A stretch of DNA of 48,623 bases. Source: Actinomycetota bacterium (lineage in GTDB: Bacteria > Actinomycetota > Actinomycetes > JBMOMH01). Made by a program: the position numbers and the translations under genes. The stretch spans positions 1 to 48,623 of the forward strand of contig JBMOMH010000295.1 of the NCBI GenBank assembly GCA_049323135.1, given 5' to 3'. Shown here piece after piece: positions 25,986 through 33,284 of this stretch. Position 1 is the stretch's first letter. Each line of letters opens with the position of its first letter. The notes beneath the pieces are model-generated. The model searched no databases, was not told where the DNA came from, and worked only from the letters and a program-made list of their open reading frames with translations.

Positions 25986-28900
25986 ATGGCGATGAACAAC
26001 CGGGACCGGGTCGGTCGTGGGTTCGAGCTGCTGGCGGCCGGGTTGGAACCGTTCGTCGACGCTCTGATGAGCGCGGCCGCGGGCAGCACCGGTGACTGGG
26101 TCGCGCTGCTTGAGGCGCGGGAAGCGCAACGTCAGGGAGCGGCGAAGAAGTTCAACCGGTCCGACCCGGCCCTGCTGCTGAAGGTGCTGACCGAGGAGTG
26201 GCGGGTCTTCCGAGACCGGCTGTCCCGCACCGAGCAGGCGATGGCCTCGGAGCTGCGCGATGCCCGTAACCGCTGGGCGCACAACGAAGCGTTCAACGCC
26301 GACGACACCTACCGGACCCTCGACACGATGGAGCGGCTGCTCATCGCAGCCGGCGGTGTGGAGCAGGCCGAGGAGGTACGCCGGCTGCGGTTGGACCATC
26401 AGCGGGCCACGTACGAGGCGGAGACCCGCCGGGCCGTGAAGGCGGCCGCGGTCCCCAGCGTCCCGGGGGCGGGGCTGAAGCCGTGGCGGGACGTGATCCG
26501 ACCGCACGATGACGTGGCGAGGGGGCAGTTCAACGCCGCCGAGTTCGCCGCGGATCTGCACAAGGTTGCGCTGGGCGAGGGAGGTGCGGAGTATGACGAC
26601 CCGGTCCTCTTCTTCCGGCGCACCTACCTGACCGAGGGGCTGCGCGACCTGCTCGGCCGGGCCAGACGGCGGCTGTCCGGGGACATGAACGCCAGCCCGA
26701 TCGTCAACCTGCAGACGAACTTCGGCGGTGGCAAGACGCATTCGATGCTGGCGCTGTACCACCTGGCCTCTGGCACCCCGCTGTCTTCGTACCCGCAGGA
26801 GGTGCAGGACACCCTCGCCGGCGTCGACCCCGGCGCGCTGGGCAAGACCCGGCGGGTTGCGCTCGTTGGCACGCAGTTGCAGGCAAGCCAGCCGACGGTG
26901 CACGCCGACGGCACCGAGGTGCGCACCCTGTGGGGGGAGCTGGCCTGGCAGCTGGGTGGGCGGGCGGCGTACGACCTGGTGGCCGCGGCGGACCGCACCG
27001 CCACAAACCCGGGCCAGGCCCTGGGGGCCCTGCTGGCGGCGTACGCGCCCTGCCTGATCCTCATCGACGAGTGGGTGGCCTACGCCCGCCAGCTCTACGG
27101 TCGCGAAGACCTGCCGGCCGGAACGTTCGACACCCAGTTCACCTTCGCCCAGACCCTCACCGAGGTCGCCACGACCATCCCCGGTGCGCTGGTGGTCATC
27201 TCCATCCCGGCGTCCAGCGATGCCTCGGACGGCAGCGGGACCGGCGGCACCGACCTGGAGGTCGGGGGGCCGAACGGGCGCGCCGCGTTGGAGCGGCTGC
27301 AGAACGTGGTACGCCGGGTCGCCGACCAGTGGCGCCCGGCGTCGGCCAACGAGTCGTTCGAGATCGTCCGCCGGCGGCTCTTCGTCGAGCCGGGCGCCGA
27401 GGCGCGGCGGGACATCGCTGCCGTGGCGCGGCGGTTCGTGCAGTTCTACGCCGAGCATCGCGGCCAGTTCCCCCGGGAGTGTGCGGAGGCTGCCTACGAG
27501 GACCGGATCAAGGCTGCCTACCCGATCCACCCAGAGCTGTTCGACCGGCTCTACCAGGACTGGTCGACGCTGGAGCGTTTCCAGCGCACGCGCGGGGTGC
27601 TGCGGCTGATGAGCTCGGTGATCCACGCGCTGTGGGCGTCCGGTGACGCCGGGCCCCTGATCATGCCGGGGTCGGTGCCCCTGGACCTGCCGATGGTGTC
27701 CGGTGAGATAACGCAGTACCTGCCCGACGCGTGGAAGCCGATCATCGATGCCGACATCGATGGGGAGGGGTCGACGCCGGCGCGGGTTGACCTGGCCCGA
27801 CCCAGCTTCGGGCAGCGGGCGCTGACCCGTCGAATCGCCCGAACCATCTTCGTCGGGTCCGCCGCGACGTTGCAGACCGCACACAAGGGCATCGACCGGC
27901 AGAAGGTGTGGCTCGGTGTCGCCGTGCCCGGCGACACCGTGGGCAACTTCGGATCGGCCCTGGAGATGCTCGGTCAGCAGGCGACCTACCTCAACGTCGA
28001 CGGAGCGCGCTACTGGTACGACACCGCGGTCACCGTGAACCGGACCGCGCAGGACATGGCCGACCGGCTGCGTGAACACCCGGAGGAGGTGTGGGCCGAG
28101 GTCGTCCGGCGGCTGCAGGCCGAGCGTTCCGCGCGAGGGGACTTCGCCGCGGTGCACGTCTGCCCGGAGGACACCGGCGGCGTGCCGGACAGCGAGGAGG
28201 CCAAGCTCGTCGTCCTGCACCCGCAGCACCTGCACGGCCGGGGGCAGGACGACTCCCCGGCCCGGGCCTTCGCCCAGCGGTGCCTGGACACCCGCGGCTC
28301 GGCGCAGCGAACCAACCGCAACACCCTCGTGTTCCTCGCCCCCGACAGCGGCCGGTGGGAGGAGCTGGGCGACGCGGTCCGTGACTTCCTCGCCTGGCGG
28401 GATGTGGCGCTGCGCGCCGACGACCTGAACTTGACGCCGCAGCAGAAGGCGCAGGCCGAGCGCCGCCGCGACCAGGCCGACGACACCGTGCGGATGCGCA
28501 TCCTTGCCTCCTACATCTGGGCGCTGGTGCCGGAGCAGCCCGACCCCGCGCGTCCGGTGACCTGGGCCGCGGTAAAGGCCGAGGGGGCGCAGGAGCGGCT
28601 GGCCGACCGGGTGACGGTGAAGATGCGCCAGGGCGGGCTGCTCGCCACGGCGTACGGGGCGCGCAACGTGCGCATGGACCTGGACGGCCCGCTGCGGTCG
28701 GTGTGGGCGAAGGGCCACGTACGCGTCGGCGACCTGTGGTCCTACTACTGCCGCTACCCGTACCTGGGTCGGCTGCGGGATCGTTCGGTGCTCGACGAGG
28801 CACTGCGTAGCGTGCTGGGCGAGCTCACCTGGGAGCTTGAGGGGTTCGCCCTGGCCACCGGCTACGACGAGGCGACCGGCTCGTACGCCGGGCTGGCCAT

Positions 28901-29324
28901 CCCGCACCGGGACGGGTTCGGGCAGGTCACCGACGCGACCCTCGTCGTGCAGCCGGCCGTGGCCCTTGCCCAGGTGGCCTCCGCTCCGCCGCCTACCACG
29001 ACCGGGCCCGTGGCGGCTGCTGGGGGCAGCGCCGGGGGGGTGGCCCCGGCCAGCGGCGATGCCGGTGGGGTCGTGGCGGCCCCGGTGCCACGCAACACCC
29101 GATTCTTCGGGGTGGTGCGGCTCAACCCGGAACGCTACGGCCGGGACTTCTCCCGGGTGGCCCAGGAGGTGCTGGCGCACCTTGCCGGGGCGGGGACCGA
29201 CCTGAACGTCAGCCTCGAGATCTCGGCCGGCAAGCCGGAAGGGTTCGGCGACGACACCGTCCGGATCGTCACCGAGAACGCGCGGACGCTGAAGTTCGAC
29301 CAGCACGGCTTCGAGCGAGCGTAG
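25986..29324 (+). CDS. DUF499-family P-loop ATPase with an N-terminal Swt1-like HEPN domain
   Basis: 1112 aa. The N-terminal ~140 aa are helical and carry an R-x4-H motif, RNRWAH (nt 26265-26282). Walker A is NFGGGKTHS and Walker B is LILIDEW. The long C-terminal region is typical of DUF499 proteins. Confidence 0.9.
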   Translation: MAMNNRDRVGRGFELLAAGLEPFVDALMSAAAGSTGDWVALLEAREAQRQGAAKKFNRSDPALLLKVLTEEWRVFRDRLSRTEQAMASELRDARNRWAHNEAFNADDTYRTLDTMERLLIAAGGVEQAEEVRRLRLDHQRATYEAETRRAVKAAAVPSVPGAGLKPWRDVIRPHDDVARGQFNAAEFAADLHKVALGEGGAEYDDPVLFFRRTYLTEGLRDLLGRARRRLSGDMNASPIVNLQTNFGGGKTHSMLALYHLASGTPLSSYPQEVQDTLAGVDPGALGKTRRVALVGTQLQASQPTVHADGTEVRTLWGELAWQLGGRAAYDLVAAADRTATNPGQALGALLAAYAPCLILIDEWVAYARQLYGREDLPAGTFDTQFTFAQTLTEVATTIPGALVVISIPASSDASDGSGTGGTDLEVGGPNGRAALERLQNVVRRVADQWRPASANESFEIVRRRLFVEPGAEARRDIAAVARRFVQFYAEHRGQFPRECAEAAYEDRIKAAYPIHPELFDRLYQDWSTLERFQRTRGVLRLMSSVIHALWASGDAGPLIMPGSVPLDLPMVSGEITQYLPDAWKPIIDADIDGEGSTPARVDLARPSFGQRALTRRIARTIFVGSAATLQTAHKGIDRQKVWLGVAVPGDTVGNFGSALEMLGQQATYLNVDGARYWYDTAVTVNRTAQDMADRLREHPEEVWAEVVRRLQAERSARGDFAAVHVCPEDTGGVPDSEEAKLVVLHPQHLHGRGQDDSPARAFAQRCLDTRGSAQRTNRNTLVFLAPDSGRWEELGDAVRDFLAWRDVALRADDLNLTPQQKAQAERRRDQADDTVRMRILASYIWALVPEQPDPARPVTWAAVKAEGAQERLADRVTVKMRQGGLLATAYGARNVRMDLDGPLRSVWAKGHVRVGDLWSYYCRYPYLGRLRDRSVLDEALRSVLGELTWELEGFALATGYDEATGSYAGLAIPHRDGFGQVTDATLVVQPAVALAQVASAPPPTTTGPVAAAGGSAGGVAPASGDAGGVVAAPVPRNTRFFGVVRLNPERYGRDFSRVAQEVLAHLAGAGTDLNVSLEISAGKPEGFGDDTVRIVTENARTLKFDQHGFERA

Positions 29325-29560
29325 GTCGCCGGCGGCGCACCGCCTTGGGATGGAATTGGACCGAGCAGGCGGGGTGGGTGCTGGCGGGTGATCCGTTCGA
29401 CGAAGACCCTGTGTACAGCGTCGCCCGTCCCGCTGAGCCGGGCCCGTCCACCAGGGCCTTGGCGAAGTCCTCCAGCAGGTGGTCCCAACGGACCAAGAGC
29501 GGCGGGCTCACCTCGAAGCTGGGTGGAACGGATTGGGCGCTGCACGATCCCAAGCACTGG

Positions 29561-29588
29561 CTTTAGACAGCTCTAGACCCTTTAGACA
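29561..29588 (+). repeat. Three iteron-like ~10-bp direct repeats (CTTTAGACA / CTCTAGACC / CTTTAGACA) in AT-richer non-coding DNA
   Basis: The sequence is ctttagacag ctctagaccc tttagaca. TAGAC cores lie at 29564, 29574 and 29583 (spacing 10 and 9 nt). This is at the right flank of the defence operon. Confidence 0.5.
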
Positions 29589-29777
29589 TCGCTGGCCTTC
29601 CTGCGCGTGCCCGGTCTTCACGGGTAAGTAAGTGTGGGGTGGGCGCGACGCGCCGGGGCTGGTTGAGGCTGCGGTGGGCGTGGTCCCTCAGCATTCAGGG
29701 ACCCAGGATGTCGGGTTCTCGGGAGTTCGGGACGCTCGAGTGGAGCCAGCGCCGAGGATGGCCGACGTACCGTCCCG

Positions 29778-30269
29778 TCACTCACGCTCGGCGAGTGCGG
29801 CGAGCCGGTCAAGGGAGGCGTGCAGCTTGTCTGCCGTGGTCGCCCGGGCGCGGGGTAGCCGCTGCTCGTCGCGCAGCTGGGTCCAGTCGTAGGTGTGCGA
29901 GACGAGGGTCCGTGCCGCGTCGAGGGGCACCAGCTCCCACCGCCACAGGTGGCCCGCCGGTTCCTGGCCCGGCTCCGCCGGCCGCCACGCGATCCGCCGA
30001 CCCTCTTCGAACTCGACGACGTGGTTCTCCCGGACGGCCCCCCTGGTCAGCGTCATGGTGAACACGTCACCAACGGCGCGGACTCGCTGGCCCTCCGGCG
30101 CGACGGCCAGGTTGTCGTTGCCGTCCCATCGAGGCTGTTGCGCCGGGTCGGCGACGAGTTCGAAGATCTTCTCAGCGCTCGCCTCGATCTGGCGCGAGGC
30201 GGTCACCACGCGGGCAGCCTCCTGGTTGGTCATGCCGACATCCAAGCATCCGCCCGAGCCCAGCGTCAC
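29778..30269 (-). CDS. SRPBCC (polyketide cyclase/dehydrase-like, START fold) family protein
   Basis: 163 aa, or 151 aa from the ATG at 30233. It reads [30 protein letters not shown]...[24 protein letters not shown] at 30269 overlaps (GTGA) the stop of the DinB-like remnant upstream. Confidence 0.8.
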   Translation of the reverse strand: MTLGSGGCLDVGMTNQEAARVVTASRQIEASAEKIFELVADPAQQPRWDGNDNLAVAPEGQRVRAVGDVFTMTLTRGAVRENHVVEFEEGRRIAWRPAEPGQEPAGHLWRWELVPLDAARTLVSHTYDWTQLRDEQRLPRARATTADKLHASLDRLAALAERE

Positions 30270-30629
30270 GTGCCCGTGGCGCCGTCGATGGCCTCGCGCA
30301 GCAGGTCGGCGTGCCCGTTGTGTCGCGCGTACTCCTGGATCATGAGCAGGTAGATCGAGCGAATGTCACGGGTGCGCTCGGGATGCGGGCCGCGGCTCGG
30401 CACGACGTCGTCGAGGCCCCACGTCGGTCATGTGCCGCACCAGCCCCAGCAGGGACAGCGTCGACGGCGGCACCGCCCGTTCCGTCAGCTGCCTCGACGT
30501 GAGGCCGGCACACTTGCCGAGGAGGGTTGCCCGGTGGTAGTCGAGCCATTGCTCGAGGGCCGTGCGCTCCGCCGCGATCCGATGCGGATCCACTCGGTCG
30601 GTGGCGGGAGCCGTCCAGTCGTCGCTCAT
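30266..30629 (-). pseudogene. DinB/DUF664 (mycothiol-transferase-like) gene with an internal deletion and frame change
   Basis: The N-part (track ORF 30366..30647) reads MSDDW...ERTALEQWLDYHRATLLGKCAGLTSRQL...[14 protein letters not shown] second frame reads [51 protein letters not shown]. Roughly 60 central residues of the family appear to be missing. Confidence 0.6.
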
Positions 30630-30662
30630 AGCGTGACATCCCACCACAACCAGGCGGGACGC

Positions 30663-30890
30663 TCAGCCAGCCCGGTCGCGACCTTGTCTCGCCTTGCTCG
30701 CCTGTGGCACGACGGTCACGGTGAAGCTGTCGGCGGGCACCTCGCGAAGCAGCGCGATGGCCTCGCGGGTCATCGCCTCCACCTGGTCCAGCCGGAGAGC
30801 CTGGGTGTGCACGCCGCGGATCTCCGGCACGTCCACGGCCCACCAACTGCCAACCCGGCGGCATACGGCGGTGCAACTCCGCTTGCTCAC
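30663..30890 (-). CDS. HicB-like (UPF0150) antitoxin-type protein
   Basis: GTG at 30890 gives 75 aa: VSKRSCTAVCRRVGSWWAVDVPEIRGVHTQALRLDQVEAMTREAIALLREVPADSFTVTVV. This fits the HicB N-domain pattern. No HicA-like ORF is adjacent. Confidence 0.55.
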   Translation of the reverse strand: MSKRSCTAVCRRVGSWWAVDVPEIRGVHTQALRLDQVEAMTREAIALLREVPADSFTVTVVPQASKARQGRDRAG

Positions 30891-31005
30891 CGTCGCCACC
30901 GTTCCTCCCCCAGCTCGCCGGAGAGATCCCTCGCGCTCGCCTCCGCCGCGTACTTGCTCAGCCTTCAGGCTACGTGCGTTGTACCCGGGCACCCGGCAGG
31001 GGAGG

Positions 31006-32055
31006 ATGCGGGTGATGGAGCTACTGATCGCCGTCAACCCCGACCCGGACTCGCGGCTGCCGTACCTGCTGCGGCTGCCGATCGGCGGCGGTCTGGTGCT
31101 GCGTACCGCCGGCACCTAGCCGCGGACGAGTGCCCTGTACTGCTACCCGGTCGAGGCGGACGAGTGGCCGGCGGACCCGCAGATCGTCGAGCGGGTCGCG
31201 CTGCGTTCCTGTGTCCGGCGCGGCGCGGCCATCGACGTGGTTGCCGAGCGGGCGCGGGAGAACCGCTCCCAGATCGTGTTTACCCAGGCCCGTGGCCGCG
31301 ACGCGGTGTTCTGGCAGTCACCGCGTACGCGCAAGCAGGCCCGGCCGAACGTCCGCACCCCGACCGCTCGCGCCGCAGGGCTGGCGGACCTGCAGATCGT
31401 CGTGGATGCGCACGAACGGTACGGCTACCGCTTCGCCGGCCAGCAGGTGAGCGTCGTACGCCGGGCGCTCCCCGCCGGCGACTACGGGCTGGTCGTCGAC
31501 GGCCGGCTGGTCGCTGCTGTGGAGCGGAAGTCGCTGCCCGACCTGGCGTCGAGCCTGACCAGCGGGAAGCTGCGCTACGCCCTCGGTGAGCTGGCGGCAC
31601 TGCCGCGAGCCGCGGTCGTCGTCGAGGAGCGGTACTCGGCACTGCTCAAGCCGAGCTGGATCCGCCCGTCGCTCGTCCTCGACGGCCTGGCCGAGTTGCA
31701 TGTGCGCTGGCCGACGGTGCCCATCGTGTACGCCGAGACGCGGCCGTTGGCCGAGGAGTGGACCTACCGCTACCTGGCCGCGGCGTACGCGTGGGCCCGG
31801 ACCGAGCTGGACCTCGGCGTCAACCTCCCTGGACCCACCCTCGACCTCGCCCGCCGATCCCCCCGCGCGCGCCGGCCGGCTACCGACCTGGCGGCACAGG
31901 GGGGCGGGTCCGCCGGCCCGCCGGCTGCTGAGGTCCGGGCTTGGGCGCACGCCAGCGGCCTCGCCGTCGCCGACCGGGGCCGGCTGCGCCCGGAGGTCTG
32001 GCAGGCCTGGTACGCCGCCCACCAGGCCGCCGGGTCACCACCCGTCGGGGGCTAG
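31006..32055 (+). pseudogene. ERCC4-type (PD-(D/E)xK) nuclease fused to an Lsr2-like C-terminal DNA-binding domain, interrupted by an in-frame TAG at 31117-31119
   Basis: Track ORFs 30694..31119 and 31237..32055 are in the same frame and are separated only by one TAG. The reading is ...LVLRTAGT*PRTSALYCYP, where TGG/Trp would fit. The ERCC4 motif is GDYGLVVDGRLVAAVERKSLPDLASS. The C-terminus EVRAWAHASGLAVADRGRLRPEVWQAWYAAH matches the Lsr2 RGR DNA-binding domain. Confidence 0.7.
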
Positions 32056-32105
32056 CGACGGGCACCCTGCTTGCATCATCGCAGCTCCAGCAGCACTATG
32101 CAGGC

Positions 32106-32342
32106 ATGACACGATCGATCACCATCCGGGACGTTCCTGACGAGGTGGGGGACGAGCTCGCTTCCCGAGCCGCGCTCACCGGCCGGTCCCTGCAGGAGTA
32201 CCTGCGCGCCCAGCTCGTGGCGCTGGCAGCCACACCCGACCCGGAGGTCGCGGTCGCCCGGATGCGGGCCCGAAAGGCGGCCACGGGTACCACGCTCACC
32301 GCCGAGCAGATTCTTCGGCACCGAGACGCCGACCGCCGGTGA
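32106..32342 (+). CDS. vapB: VapB/FitA-like (Arc/RHH-type) antitoxin
   Basis: 78 aa from the ATG at 32106: MTRSITIRDVPDEVGDELASRAALTGRSLQEYLRAQLVALA. GTGA overlap with the PIN gene. Confidence 0.75.
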   Translation: MTRSITIRDVPDEVGDELASRAALTGRSLQEYLRAQLVALAATPDPEVAVARMRARKAATGTTLTAEQILRHRDADRR

Positions 32343-32740
32343 CAGTCGTCGTCGACGCCTCCGTCGTCGTGGCTGCGCTGGTCGGCGGGGGTGCCCTGGG
32401 CGCCTGGGCGGAGTCGACGCTGGCCGCCGGACCCCTCGCCGCCCCTCACCTGATGACGGCCGAAGTCACCAATATCCTTCGACGTGCCGCGATGTCGAGA
32501 GAGCTGCCGTCCGACACGGCCTCGTTGGCCTTCGGAGAGCTGCTTTCGCTGAGGGTGGCGCTCTTTCCCTATCACCCGTTCGCGGCTCGGGTATGGGAAC
32601 TGCGTGACAACCTGACGGCGTACGACGCCTGGTACGTGGCCCTGGCCGAGTCTTTGGATGAGCCGCTAGCAACCCTGGACGCCAGGTTGGTCCGTGCCCC
32701 GAGTGTTCGCTGCTACTTCCGTATTCCGCCCGAGGGGTAG
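32339..32740 (+). CDS. vapC: PIN-domain ribonuclease toxin VapC
   Basis: 133 aa: VVVDASVVVAAL...LTAYDAWYVALAESLDEPLATLDARL, with conserved acidic PIN residues. Confidence 0.85.
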   Translation: MTVVVDASVVVAALVGGGALGAWAESTLAAGPLAAPHLMTAEVTNILRRAAMSRELPSDTASLAFGELLSLRVALFPYHPFAARVWELRDNLTAYDAWYVALAESLDEPLATLDARLVRAPSVRCYFRIPPEG

Positions 32741-32889
32741 CCGGGTAGGGCGGCTCCCGTTCGCCGTGACGCACGGAGGGGCCACCTGGGCCGGGCCTTG
32801 CCAAGTGAACGAGCGTTTACCGGTGCGCACTGCGCTACCCGCGACGAGCTGACCGACTGGACGCTGTGGGTCGACCAGGTCCTCACCTT

Positions 32890-33276
32890 CTAGCGGCGGC
32901 CCGGCCGAGCAGACCCGCCGCCACCCCCGCTGGACCCCGGGCGGGGCTTGCTCTTGGGCGGCAACGAGCGCGCGAAGCCGACGCCGCGCATCACCCACAG
33001 CTTGAGCTCCGCGTCGGCGAGGTCGCCGACCACCCGGAGCCAGCCGCGCATCTCCCTGCCCTGCATCACCATCGGCGCCACCCGCTCGCCGTCGATCCAC
33101 GCCTCGGCCTCGTCGGGGTCGACGCGCACCAGCAGCCCGCCCTGCCCACTGGCCGCCACGGCCATGTTGCCGTTCACCAGGAACGCCAGCCCGCCGAACA
33201 TCCTCTGCTCGGTGAGACCGTCCGCACCTTCCACCAGGTCGCGGATGCGGTCGGCGAGGTCCTCGGAGTAGGCCAT
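32890..33276 (-). CDS. TfoX/Sxy N-terminal-domain family protein
   Basis: The ATG at 33276 gives 128 aa: MAYSEDLADRIRDLVEGADGLTEQRMFGGLAFLVNGNMAV..., the TfoX_N pattern. Confidence 0.75.
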   Translation of the reverse strand: MAYSEDLADRIRDLVEGADGLTEQRMFGGLAFLVNGNMAVAASGQGGLLVRVDPDEAEAWIDGERVAPMVMQGREMRGWLRVVGDLADAELKLWVMRGVGFARSLPPKSKPRPGSSGGGGGSARPGRR

Positions 33277-33284
33277 GGCCCGCA

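Noticed and set aside
29345-29576. Small ORFs 29345..29566 (+), 29388..29576 (+), 29269..29553 (-) and 29135..29557 (-), considered as an integrase or transposase fragment or a small accessory gene of the defence operon.
   Set aside because: I found no recombinase or transposase motifs. The frames overlap each other, and composition alone explains them.
29712-29729. A fourth copy of the tRNA-Lys 3' end (cgggttctcgggagttcg).
   Set aside because: It shares only an 8-mer plus short blocks with two indels. This could be chance in 48 kb of GC-rich DNA, so I kept it only as a caveat inside the spacer finding.
30891-31005. A HicA toxin gene upstream of the HicB-like gene. A 25-codon frame ends in a GTGA overlap with the hicB-like start.
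   Set aside because: It is too short, has no HicA-like sequence (no double-stranded-RNA-binding fold motifs), and the space is occupied by the divergent ERCC4-gene promoter region.
32800-32893. A short plus-strand reading frame ending ...RDELTDWTLWVDQVLTF*, whose TAG overlaps the TfoX stop (ctag).
   Set aside because: It looks like a protein C-terminus, but there is no start codon or identifiable family within about 30 codons. It is probably another gene remnant, and I cannot support it.
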